A stretch of DNA of 59,316 nucleotides, counting the filler, from Sphacelaria rigidula (Eukaryota), in the NCBI GenBank assembly GCA_964200075.2. It is 8 parts of 8 records of this genome, joined end to end, with 100 filler letters (N's around TTAATTAATTAA, not from the genome) between each part and the next. Parts side by side here need not be neighbours in the genome. Positions count along the whole stretch, not along the records: positions 7,429 to 14,756 come from CAXNAA020015424.1; positions 14,857 to 22,183 come from CAXNAA020015425.1; positions 22,284 to 29,610 come from CAXNAA020015426.1; 5 more parts are not named here. One strand, given 5' to 3'. Of this stretch, positions 11,940 to 23,505 are shown piece after piece. Under the pieces are notes generated by a model, which did no database searches, was not told where the DNA came from, and saw only the letters and a program-made list of their open reading frames with translations. Position numbers and translations under genes: made by a program. The number at the start of each line of letters is the position of its first letter. Position 1 is the first letter of the stretch.

Positions 11940-13144
11940 GTGGGTTTTTTTTCTTTTTCTATCTTCGTTTCGTACTCTTGGGGCCCAGTCCGCATGTGTG
12001 TGCGTGTATTTTTTGTTCTTGTTTTTCATGCTCCCCATACTGCTGGTTATTGTGGTGGATGATGTCATTTATTTTTACATGCATCCATCCCCGCTTTTTT
12101 CGTTCGGTCACGCTTCAGTCGGAACCTTGCTCGTTGCTTCTTTTGTCGTCGTGTCAAGATGACCTCATGTACTGAACCGCGGCGGACCTGCTTCTTGTGT
12201 TTCCCTTGTAATATTTTTTCAGTCAGCCACGACTACGCCATTAGACTGTAGTTTAGCTTCCCTGTGTATGAACAGTGCGCTTGCTCACTTGTAAGTACTC
12301 CGGCATATGTATGAGCATATATATTTGTATTTACGCGACGTCCTGACGGTATAACGTGTACATGTTGCAAACTGGTCAATAACGAAGAAGGAAGCTCGAT
12401 ATCCAGCAGATGTATTCCTTCATGCTTCACGGTTCCTTCTGAGTAGTGTCTGGTTTTTCGTCGTAAAAATATTTGGACGTACGTGAGTAGAAGAGGACAC
12501 TTGATGAAAGTCTAAACCAGTCAAGGCGCTGTGGGAGTGCCGTTTTAATTCATGATGCCGAGTACCAATGTCAGGCATGCACGTATCACTGAGGGAGAGA
12601 TACATGAGGTGATATCTCGAGAGACTACGGGCGCGTACCGAGGAGGGGGAGGTGTTGAAAGAAACCTGACTTGAAGGGAAAAATGATGAGAAGGCATCGT
12701 GCTTTGTCCTCACATCATTTTTGCCGCCCCCTTTAACGAGGTTCGCTTCCTTGTAATGATTCGTTTTTTGAGCGCGCGGTCAAGGTTACAGTTCTCGAAA
12801 AATGTCTGCGGCATATGTTCGGAAAAGAGTTTTCACAAAAAAAGCAACAACAGTTGCATTATGCGAAGTTAATCGTCTTTTTTACTCGAGTACTTTGAAT
12901 CCACACGTGCTGTGGACGTACCATTCCATTCTTGCTGGATCTTATTTCTGTCGCCGTAGTCACGCTTGATGAAAATGTTCGACGGACCCATGGAACTCCT
13001 GTCTTCTCGTAGTACTTCAACTCAGCAGCAGTTCCTCGTTTTCATGGTGCTGACAAAATAATTTTTACTGAGCCGTATTTTGCGCCGATGCCCTTCGTGT
13101 CCTGTGTAATCATCGTGGCATGCTGGTGTTGGGTCATTTTCCAG

Positions 13145-13276
13145 GGCCCTCCGACGCCGGCGATGCTGGACGCCGCCTCGGTCCGGCCGGATACCATCCT
13201 CCTCCTGGACACGTTCTTCCATGTTGTCATTTTCCACGGGGAAACCATCGGGGCCTGGAGGGAACAGGGATACCAG
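13145..13276 (+). CDS. SEC23: Sec23 exon (gelsolin-like domain)
   Basis: GPPTPAMLD...[31 protein letters not shown] bounded, 132 bp. Confidence 0.95.
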
Positions 13277-14004
13277 GTGAGTGAAGAGAGGCAAATCACG
13301 AGAGGGGTAGGTGGGTTGAGGAATGGTACGAACATCGTTTTTTTTGTATATCGGTTGGATTCCCTGGGTATACAAAAAATGGCACCTTACATATAGGACA
13401 TGACGCTTGAAATAGTTCGAAATCATGCTTCCATCCATTATGTGTGTGCGCATAGTGGGGTTTGGGTTTGACTTTGGTCTTTTTATTCCTCCCCGAAGAT
13501 TCCCCGAAGGGTGATTGAGAAGGAAGAAATTGTCAAGGTCATGTGTTTTCAGGGTACGGATGCATTCGGTATGGTATGAGATTCCTCAAGAGAACTTGCA
13601 GAATTGTCGGGTACAGGTGTGGAAGTCGTTCACAACTTGCAAAACCTTGTCGGGTACGATATGGATTTCGTACAGAAACCCTTGTCTACAACCGGGCATT
13701 TGAACAAGGGTATACCCGCAAACCGGCTAAGGGTAATTGTGTAGTATAGATCTTACAGAACTGTCGGGTACGGGTGATTTCCCGGGTATACAAACAATCG
13801 TCTCCTTTTCAAGACAGCCTTGGAAAAAGTGTTATTTTTGCGTCATTTTTCAGTAGCGATACGTTGTCTTTTGTCTGATTTCTTCCTATGGTCGCACGGC
13901 GTTACATTGACCGCTCGTCCTTTTTTCATGTCCCCCCCTTCGAAAAGTCGGAGAACCTCAACTCCGCCCAAAGTGCATGATCGTACCACGTGATGTTGAA
14001 ATGA

Positions 14005-14313
14005 TGAGACACCCATGAGGGGGTGTATGAGCCGTGGCTGTCTCTGGAAGTGGCGATACCAGAAAATATAGCAACTCATTGTAGGCATCCAAATGTAAGG
14101 TAATCAGTAGGCTTCGGGCTGAACAATATTAGCAAGATGCAGCTCACCCTTCGTGCGAATCGCCGAACACACCACGGCGCTTCGCGCTTGGTGGGTTTGA
14201 GTGCGAGCCTGGTCCAGCGAAAACCCGGNNNNNNNNNNCTCCGTCCCGGCTTTGTAGGAATGCGAGGTTAATGGTCATATGACCATGGCATGCATGATCA
14301 TGAGTACACCCCC
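14005..14313. repeat. Dispersed repeat family B copy
   Basis: Colinear with 10240-10548. Confidence 0.85.
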
Positions 14314-14435
14314 TTCGAAGAGTCGGAGCTGCATGTATGCGCATGTATAGTACATGTTTACTTCTCTTGCGTATGTTATCCGTATGCTTCATTTTTCGTG
14401 CACTTCCTCCATACTGGTGTCTGGTTGCATTCCAG

Positions 14436-14527
14436 GACCACGAGGAGCATGCCGCGTTCCGACAGCTTCTCGAAGCGCCACAAGTGGACGCACAGCTGAT
14501 CATGCAGAGGCGCTGCCCCGTGCCCAG
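14436..14527 (+). CDS. SEC23: Sec23 exon
   Basis: DHEEHAAFRQLLEAPQVDAQLIMQRRCPVPR; AG/GT bounded; the gene continues beyond the contig end. Confidence 0.93.
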
Positions 14528-14756
14528 GTACGACGGGATGTCTTGTGTCCATGGTTATCATGCACCACTTGCACCCCACAAAAATGTAGTCTGCTTCAAC
14601 TTTTACAAAAACGTACGAGATCGCGTGGTGCTTTGGTCACCTTAATGATGACAGATATCAGGCACTCAAGATATGCTTTTGTTTCTCATGCGGAGCCCCC
14701 CCCCCCCTCTCCACACCAGCACAGGTTTTCTCCTTAGCCATTTTGAAGAAGAGCTT

Positions 14757-14856
14757 NNNNNNNNNNNNNNNNNNNNNNNNNNNNNNNNNNNNNNNNNNNN
14801 TTAATTAATTAANNNNNNNNNNNNNNNNNNNNNNNNNNNNNNNNNNNNNNNNNNNN
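14757..14856. other. Artificial contig-joining spacer
   Basis: 44N-TTAATTAATTAA-44N. Confidence 0.98.
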
Positions 14857-15361
14857 CACTGTAATACGGGGTCCCAGGATGCCTTGCGTACCCAATGCGA
14901 CCCATCTAGAGGCTACCTTCCACACCTAACAAATGCATCATTTGCTTCTGCGACACTACTACGCTTTGAGATGAAGTTTTGTAAGCAACACACGCAGAAC
15001 TTTAAACACGATGAACTTGTGACGATAGAACCGTGGCAGTGAGCTCGTTTGACGGTACAAGTCATCCTTCAGCCGAAGAGTACTCCGTCGTGATGAGCGT
15101 CGAGAGGCGGGCACTGTGCTCGGTGCTGGCTTTTTTTTGCTGAATGTACCACTAAACTGTACTGACTGGTGTATAATGTACACCGCAGTTGCATGTCGCG
15201 GCGTGGTTAGGTCCGCTTTATCACCCCAACCCTGAGAAGCAACGTTTGGCACAGTGTAGGGTGGATAGTTACCGCTGAAATTTTGCGGCCTCACTGGACA
15301 GGAAACCCCAGTTCTAACCGTTCGTAGGTCCCACGTTGTGGGCAATTGCCATATACTATGT

Positions 15362-16270
15362 GCCGGTCGCCCCGCTGGCTCAGTCGGTAACCTCGAAACA
15401 TTCTGGCAGTTGGATCATGGTTTCGAATCTCGGAGCGATCTGGGATTTTTGCTCACACAGTGTCGAACAGTAGAGAGCGACTACAGTAGTGGGCGGTCTA
15501 ACTATTCATTTTGTGGCATTTTGTGATTTTGTCGTAATGGCGATTTTCGTGGGCTCTTTTCGCTTGCTACCGCTCATCACATTGGGGATCTAAGGATATT
15601 TGTATCCGCTTCATATTCCGAGGAAAACAAAAACATATTTTCTCAATTTTTAGTGATTCACGAGCTGACCTGTTTTCGGGGGTCCCACCACGTTTCAGCC
15701 CAGATTCTTACTCCTCGGTATTCGGTCGATGATACCTGTCCCGATCATATTTGTGCAGAAATGTACAGTTTTATTTTTTTGAAATTCTACCTACTCGTGG
15801 CACTAGAGCTAAAAAACTGTGTTTCACGGTCAACAACGCCCTCCTGACGAACGAGGAAGTTACTCGTTTTGCCCGGTAACACCAAGTAATACGGACTTGG
15901 GCACTATGTTTCGAGGATGATCTGTTGATTGTACCAAAATCTACCGACGCTAGCAATTTCGAGTTCTATTGAAGAGTAGTACGCGAGAAAACCCCAAAAC
16001 ACCCCTGACTAGTCAGACCGCCCACCAATATATGTCGTGGGTACACGAAGTTCGACTTGATGGTCGACGAGGGAAAGGGACTGCTGAGCCCCTCTCGCGA
16101 TAACGAAAAGAAGCGAGCACCGCAGAAGGAAGGTGGAGTACTGAAACAAACAAAGAAAGAGTCCTGTTAGCCTTCCTACTGTGTGACCCCGGCTGATGCG
16201 CCCACATAAACCGAAAAGTGTAGACCAGCGTCCAGAATAGATGGAACGACAACATACACCCACATACATA
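15362..16270 (+). mobile_element. tRNA-derived SINE interrupted by a MITE
   Basis: Head GCCGGTCGCCCC with A box TGGCTCAGTCGG and B box GTTTCGAATC; body resumes at about 16031; ends in a CA/TA-rich tail. Confidence 0.8.
15484..16030. mobile_element. TA-flanked MITE nested in the SINE
   Basis: Imperfect TIR CAGTAGTGGGCGGTCTAACTA...TAGTCAGACCGCCCACCAATA; TA on both sides. Confidence 0.7.
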
Positions 16271-17115
16271 CGAGCTGGGCCAGCCTAAACATGGATTTAA
16301 GCTCTAAAATCAATATCTCATCGACACTGACGAGTTGGACCGTGATCCGCATATCGTATTAATCGCCTATTCAAGGGGAAGGTGCCCATCTGCTGAAAAA
16401 AATTGGGTCAATTTTTTCTCGTTGATTAAACCCTATCTCTAGTAATTCCTATACCTAGCGGAGATAGCGCCAATACTAGAATCTATATGAAACTCCCGAT
16501 CGATCATTTAGCGAATGGCGACGAATTTTGGTGTGGAGAATCATAGAAGAGTGCCGGAAAAAAAAGAAAAATGGGCCTTCGTTTTTTTTTTCATGGAGGT
16601 TAGGACGTTCTCGTGAAGAAATGGTCTTCACCATAGTAGAACGCTCTAAACCAGTGAAAGAGATGAAAAAAAATTAAGCTGATCCACTTTTGTTTTGTCA
16701 ATTATGCATTAGAGAGCGCCCACACAAAATTTCAATACACGAAAACCAAACACGGACCGGCGAGTGGCCTGCGAAATACTGTTCCGAATTTCCACCGACT
16801 CGGTTTTGTAAAGGCCTATGCTTCCGCCAACATGTAGAGTTGGACCCTGAAATTTGGTATGGACAATGAAGAGGGTATGAAGAAAAAAATTACGTCGACA
16901 CCAGAAGTTTTAGTTTTTTCATGAGTTATGGGCAATAATCAGTGTTCAGGTTTCAGTAAAATGCCTTCAATTCATGAAAAAAAAATCTGGTGCCGATGTA
17001 ATTTATTTTCCATGCCCTTTTCATAGTCCATACCAAATTTCAGGGTCCATCTCCAAATACTGGCGGGAGCATGGGCCTGCAAACTTCAAATCCGCCTCTA
17101 GGCTGGTCCAGCTCG
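16271..17115. mobile_element. Non-autonomous Tc1/mariner-type element (short relative of 45151-47564)
   Basis: TA-CGAGCTGGGCCAGCC...GGCTGGTCCAGCTCG-TA; ends homologous to the 2.4-kb copy in opposite orientation. Confidence 0.85.
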
Positions 17116-17136
17116 TACACACACACACACACATTC

Positions 17137-17735
17137 TAGGATTACACATTTCATCGCAAACTTGTAGTAGTGTACACTGCTTCATGTAACGTCTTGATGA
17201 CGTTTCCTGTAATGTGTAACGTAATATGAAACGTTTACGTAACATGTAACGTCTAATGCGCACAACTATTCGAAAGTGGAAAATTGAAAACAAAAAGATG
17301 AAGAGAAAAGAGAAGATATGAAAATATAACGGTCAAAAACGCATGAACGATACACTGTAAAGGAAGTAACTTTACACAATCAGATAATGCACCTACGCTT
17401 AATCATACGACGGTCCACCGTCAGCGTCACGTACACGGTAACGTCACGCGTTACATGACACGTTACAACGCCCTGAACACTGGTAAATGAGCCGCGACAT
17501 GCACAGAATGAAAAGTTACATTCGAGCGTTACACGTGACAGAAAATTTTCATATTACGTTACATGTAACGAAACGCGGCGTTATTTTTTTCACGTGACGA
17601 ACGTAACATTACGTGGCCGTTAATGTTTCAAATGAAACGTTCACGCAATGTCATATTTTTTCACGTGCCAAACTAAACGTAACGTTAACGTTAAATTTTA
17701 CAGACGTGATGAACGTAACGTGAACGTGTAACCAT
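17137..17735. mobile_element. MITE-like element with dispersed GTAACG/CGTTAC motifs
   Basis: Degenerate inverted ends GGATTACACATT...AACGTGTAACC and about a dozen GTAAC(G) motifs; no TSD identified. Confidence 0.5.
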
Positions 17736-17789
17736 TCATTATTCCAGCTGGTCTAGTGAGGGTTAGTGTTATTGTGAGTGGGATACAGG

Positions 17790-18056
17790 GACTGTTTTCT
17801 CACACAATGCCCAACAGTGGAAAGAAACTATGTCGTGGCTACACAAAGTTCGACTTGATTGACGAAGGAAAGGGACTGTTGAACCCCTCTGGCGATGAAG
17901 AATAAAGGTGAGCATCGCAGAAGGAAGATAAAATACTAAAACAAAAAAAAAAGAAAAAAATCCTGCGTTGGCCTCCCTCCTGTGTGACCCCGACTGGTTC
18001 ACCCACATATGCCGAAAGGTGTAAACCGGTGTCCAGAATAGATGGGGCGACAACAC
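17790..18056 (+). mobile_element. 5'-truncated SINE copy
   Basis: Body GTCGTGG...AAGGGACTG...GTGTGACCCCG...AGAATAGATGGG shared with the other copies. Confidence 0.75.
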
Positions 18057-18519
18057 TCCAGAAAACGGGATTCAAGATTCGTTGGATGCACAAACAACTG
18101 GACTGTTAGGTACTGGTCATCTTTCGGCCTGCTTGTGCGGGGTGATTGAGAATAGTGCCATCTTTCTCTTCCATAGTCAGAGCGTATTGTAAAAAGTGCT
18201 CCGACAAGGACCATTGTTGACTTGGAATGAGCATGGAATTTACGGGCGCGCTTGTACTGATCAAAGTAGAGGGCGGGGAGACCTTTACGCTATCAATACA
18301 TTTGAATAAATCTAAAGATAGTAATGACGGCATAATGGTGATAATGATAATAGAGGGACATCGCTACCATCATTGTTCGTGAGCTTGACTCACAGGCCAA
18401 AGCAGCCTCCACTTCTCTCTTGAGATGTTTCTACGATGTACTCTCACAGGCTTATGGTCACACAAAAAGCTGTGAAGGGTCGATCTCAAACCCTGTGCAG
18501 CTCAACCACACCGGGCAAC

Positions 18520-19400
18520 CTTACACAGTGTCGAGAAGCCTTGCCAGGGCGGTGTGCAGGGTGCTATGTACACACGTGTGCGCCGTGTAGGCACAGGATT
18601 CGCCACCTTGCACTAGACGTTCACCGTTATCTTCAAATTCATTACCAGAACAGTATATAAGCGCAGACCTCGCATGATACCCTACCAACCACGATGTATG
18701 TGGCGACGTATGTGTAGGCTCACCACAGCGGCTCTTGAAGACCAGCGGCAGCCAAGACGCAGCCGCACCGTACATCAAGCACAACTCTTTCGTACTATTT
18801 CCGATAATAAGCATCAGGTGCTTTGTTTACCCACACTCTTGCTACGCTTATCCCACGTACGATCAGAATCTATGTCGATTCAGTACAAATGCTAAAAAAA
18901 AAAAAGTTGCGGGAAGTAAATAGTTCCTTTCCACGCCGGCGCGTAGCTCCTACATCTCGTTTAGACAAGAAACCGCCGACGGACCGATCGTGTGCCGATA
19001 GTGCATCTCGGAGGTGCAGCCGTCACCTAGTGTGCTGTCCTGGCTGCAACACGTTTGCCGACGATGTTTTGGACACTGCTACTATTTTTCGCAACAGAGA
19101 ACGCCCAGCAGGAAAAACAAAACAAGCAGCTGACCCGGACGATGCACCCGCAGATGCCTTCGCACGCCGGCGTGCTTGTGCTAGACCTTTTCTCCCGCCA
19201 GGATGCATGAGCTGTGCCGCGTCTCGGCGTTGTCGTGGCATATCGTGTCATGTAGACCGAATGTGCATCAAAAGGATGACAGCAGATGTGGTAGCGGTAG
19301 TTCTCGTGGTTTGAACCGCACTGCCTAGTTTCTGTTTCAGTCCCGGCCTTCACAGCAGTGTGTCTTTCAATGGTCGGGAGGGATCCATTCCTCTTCAACG
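18520..19400 (-). pseudogene. Degenerate hAT-like transposase relic
   Basis: Motif-like strings in hAT order across frames: QCGSN (DNGSN-like), ICCHP (CxxH), LLRKIVAVS, ATR..AWKGTIY (TRWNS-like), CGEPTHTS, ARLLDT (LDPR-like); heavily frameshifted. Confidence 0.45.
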
Positions 19401-19649
19401 ACACCGTCGCTATGCAAGAGCGAACACTGCGCAAACTTTCGCAGAGGACGCAAAAGGACCCTAATAGCACGTATCACTTGTGCAGCTTTCTGCTCGGCGA
19501 TTTCTGGTATTGTCACAGCCGATTTGATCGAAACCTCTCCACACAACCTTTTCTGTTGTGATTCGAATGTCCTTTCCCTGACAAAATTATTTTACATCGT
19601 CATTGTTCTCATGGGGTTTGCAACCCACACGAGGAGCTGGTTCCAAATA

Positions 19650-20474
19650 CAGTGGGGAGCTCTCAGTAGTGCCGGTATGTGTCAACCACGGACACCGGCA
19701 CTACTCTAAAAAGTGCCAAAACAGGTGCAATTGAGGGCTCTAAACACCTCAGTAGTGCCGGTTCTGGCACTACTGAAGACCGTCCTTTCGTACAGTGCTA
19801 CGCTTGCCCTTCGTGGGACCAACGGAAGCACAAAACGTACGAGGACCTTTGTTTCGAATAGGTTACGTCACGTAAGGTTTCGGGGTAGAACTAAACCTGA
19901 TGTTTTTTCGTTTTTTACATTCAACTTGATGGATCCTGTTCACAGGTTAATCATTCCCTTCCCTACTAGCACAACAGCAGCAGTACGGCCATAAAAGCTG
20001 CTCATGCCGAAAGACCTTCCCGACAAGAAAAACAAGGACACATCTCCACCCAACGCAACTATGAAGGTGCGGCATCTGGTGTGGAATGCTGCCGTAAATA
20101 CCGTGGAGCCTCCCACCACATGTCCCCTGGCAACCCTGGCCATGACGGCCGTCTGGAGTCGTGGTCTGCACCAGGCACAGTTCACCTTCCACACAAGGCA
20201 TGTTGTGTCCCTACGTTGCAAGGTCTGCACTAGCACGTACCCTGCTGTAACTAGTGGTGCTTGGTTGGGGGGGGGGGGTGGCGTGCGCGTGCGTGAGTGT
20301 GTCCGGAACCAGCACTGTTGAGGGTACAAAGCCGTTCAAACCGGCACTACTAAGGTTCATCTGTCAGTAGTGCCGGGCGGTACTACTGCGAGCTCTGGCC
20401 GTGCCCGGAGATTTTACCGGCATTATTTAGGTCGTTGGCACTCTTCAACAGGTACTACTGAGAACCCCCCACTG
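19650..20474. mobile_element. TA-flanked Tc1/pogo-type MITE with subterminal AGTAGTGCCGG repeats
   Basis: TA-CAGTGGGGAGCTCTCAGTAGT...CTACTGAGAACCCCCCACTG-TA; AGTAGTGCCGG/CCGGCACTACT repeated at both ends. Confidence 0.8.
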
Positions 20475-21097
20475 TAAACGTCCGCTGTCGAGTTATCGCG
20501 CCATTGCCGTGCCTCAACTCCCAAGCCATGATATAGTAGCTTTTTGAGCTGGCGATCTTGAGCATACCAACTTACCGCTCCCCAATGTACAATGGCACCC
20601 AAGCATATTGTGTATGCGATGCTGCGTGGCGATCGCTCGCTCTGTCGAGAGGGTTGTCTGGCTCTCGACTCCGCACATCAATTTCGAGGTGGCTTGTCTG
20701 TATGACCTCTGAACCCTGGCTTTCGTATTTCGGCATGTATATTATGTCAGGTCTCCTATTAGAGCTGGACGTGCTTAAACGTTGGTATTGCACTTCTCAT
20801 ATTTTCTGCAACGATCATCCTCCTATTGTGTTATATTAGTTCTTCATACGCTTTCAGTATACTTCTGCAATAGTTTAGAGGACGTACCGTTCGCTGGAAC
20901 TATCTTGCGAGTAGTTCTATAATATTTGGCGTCGGCTTCCATGAAGTGTGGTCGGAGTTGAGTGCAGGCAACTGCTTTTCCTCCGGAGTATGGTCAGCGA
21001 TAACAATGTCATTCGCTCTGTAAACATGTTCAATACGTTTACCTTCATGCCTCACGAAGTATTTCCTGTCGTTTCGGTATTTGCGGTATCGTAAGCA

Positions 21098-22107
21098 GTG
21101 AGTGTTCGAAGAAGCGCCACGAAAAGGAGCTCCTCCCCGCACGCCAGGGCAGAAATCGTGCATGTGGTGAAACAGAAGTGCGGCAACGAGGGCTGCTCTA
21201 GGCAACCCTCGTATGGTGTGGCGGGGGAAAGAACTGCGCAGTTCTGCTCTCAGCATGCCACGGCGGGAATGGTGTATGGGGTGAGCAAGAGATGCGGCTT
21301 CGAGGGCTGCTCCACGCATCCGTCGTATGGTGTAGCGAGGAGCAATAGTGCGCAGTTCTGCTCCAAGCATGCCACGGCGGGAATGGTGGACGTGAAGAAC
21401 AAGGTGGATATGAAGAACAAGGGGTGCGGCTACCAAGGCTGCTCCACGCGGCCATCGTATGGTGCGGCGGGGAGCAAAAAGGCGGAGTTCTGCTCCGATC
21501 ATGCCATAGCGGAAATGGTGGATGTGGTGAACAAGAGGTGCGGCTTCGAGGGCTGCTATACTCATCCGTCGTATGGTGTAGCGGAGAGCAATAAGGCGGA
21601 GTTCTGCTCTCAGCATGCCACGGCAGGAATGGTGGATGTGAGGAGAAAGAGGTGCGGCTACCAGGGCTGCCCCACTCCTCCGCTGTATGGTTTAGCCGGT
21701 AGCAAAAAGGCGCAGCTCTGCTCCAAGCATGCCACGGCAGGAATGGTGGATGTGAAGAGCAAGAGGTGCTGCTACGAGGGCTGCTCCACGCGGCCGTCGT
21801 ATGGTGCGGCGGGGAGCGAAAAGGCGGAGTTCTGCTCCAATCATGCCACGACGGGAATGGTGGTTGTGGTGCACAAGGGGTGCGGCTCCCTACTAATCCG
21901 TCGTATGGTGTAGCGGAGAGCAAAAAGGCGGAGTTCTGCTCCATGCATGCCACGACGGGAATGGTGGATGTGGTGCACAAGAGGTGCGGCTACCAGGGCT
22001 GCCCTACTAATCCGTCGTATGGTGTAGCGGAGAGCAAAAAGGTGGAGTTTTGCTTCAAACATGCCACGGCAGGAACGGGGGATGTGAGGAGAGCCACCCT
22101 ACAATAG
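21098..22107 (+). pseudogene. EsV-1-7 repeat (Cys/His zinc-finger-like) protein, 8 tandem ~38-aa repeats, frameshifted in repeat 7
   Basis: Unit CGxEGCxxxPSYGxxGSKKAEFCSxHATAGMVDV; 10-nt deletion at about 21887; true start unclear. Confidence 0.88.
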
Positions 22108-22183
22108 GGGTGGGGGTATTTTGGGGCATTTGTTGCTAGAAATTTCAAGTCAGATCGTCGTTAAAAGCAGCAACGATTGTTCG

Positions 22184-22283
22184 NNNNNNNNNNNNNNNNN
22201 NNNNNNNNNNNNNNNNNNNNNNNNNNNTTAATTAATTAANNNNNNNNNNNNNNNNNNNNNNNNNNNNNNNNNNNNNNNNNNNN
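22184..22283. other. Artificial contig-joining spacer
   Basis: 44N-TTAATTAATTAA-44N. Confidence 0.98.
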
Positions 22284-22865
22284 GGGGGCGTACATCTTCA
22301 TCGTTTTCATAGTTCTAGCTAACTTCGTGCCTGTATCACATTTATTCCTCTCTTACATAGGACAGACCCCTTTCAATCAGATATTTGGTACCCGCAGTTT
22401 TCTGATTCGCCAATTTTTCGAAATAGGGAACTCATGATTGGGGGAAATTCCTCGAATCCTCGATCGACCGGTGATGCCTTCGATATACTACTACTCGTTC
22501 GTACTTTTTTTTCAAACTCCTCCCCTACACTCTTATGCTCGGGACGACTTCGTATCTCTCTCCTCCCAAATGAAAAATCGAAAAATCCATATTCTCTCTC
22601 CCGCTACAGGCCTGACATTTTGTTAGCGCGGATTCGATCGCAGCACTTACTTGCGCACCACGTTGACTGTCGAACCAATAAACTCCACCACTCTTCTTCC
22701 CTTTACTACTCCCCAAGTAAGTACTCCCTACTCGCTTTCTCACGACTCCATTGGCGGGGATCAGATATAGATGAGAGAAAAGCCAAAGTGGACATATTTG
22801 GCCAAATAGTGAATAATAGGAAGGATATCGCACTTGCAACTAACAGTACAGTAGTGGTAGTAGTA

Positions 22866-23292
22866 TAGAGGATTCTCGAAAATGGGGCTGGAAAATGAAT
22901 GAGATTCAACTCAAAAGCCGTGCGTTCCCTGACCTAAATTAATGGCAAAAGACTTTCATATCACGATCCCATTCCCCCGACAATCTCCCTCAAAAAACTA
23001 TTTCGGGGGATTTGTAGCCTTCCGTTCCCCCAAGGGGGATGTGCGAAAGCACGATTTTTGGGCCAAAAAATGTCCTCTTTTCACCCCGAAATCGAGGCAA
23101 AAGTGTGTTTTCGCACATACCCTTTTGGGGGGAACGGAAGGCAAGAAATCCCCCGAAATAGTTTCACGGAGGTCGGGAGGGGTGAGGTCGTCCGTATGAA
23201 AGTCATTTGTCATGGATTTAGGTCAGAGAAAGCACCGAGGTCTGTGCGTTAAATCTCATTTTCTTTCCAACCCCATTTTCGAGAATCCACTG
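22866..23292. mobile_element. MITE with ~70-bp TIRs
   Basis: GGATTCTCGAAAATGGGG...TGACCTAAAT versus ATTTAGGTCA...CCCCATTTTCGAGAATCCACTG; a second truncated copy at about 36973-37037. Confidence 0.75.
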
Positions 23293-23367
23293 TTAAGTGT
23301 AATAATATGAGCTGATGATGGGCTGGGAACTCCGCTCCTGCACTGCCGGCGGCCAAGCATGTGCCTG

Positions 23368-23505
23368 TATTGTCATCATTAGTATCATCATTCCTATTAT
23401 CATTCTCATTATCATCATTATTATGATCATTCTTATTACCATCATTATTTTCATTGTTATTATCGTTGTTATTCATGTTTTTTATTATCACCATGATCAT
23501 TATTA
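23368..23505. repeat. Degenerate ATC/ATT trinucleotide repeat
   Basis: Low-complexity run. Confidence 0.8.

Noticed and set aside
20900..21980. Long minus-strand repetitive ORFs
   Set aside because: Antisense shadows of the EsV-1-7 repeats
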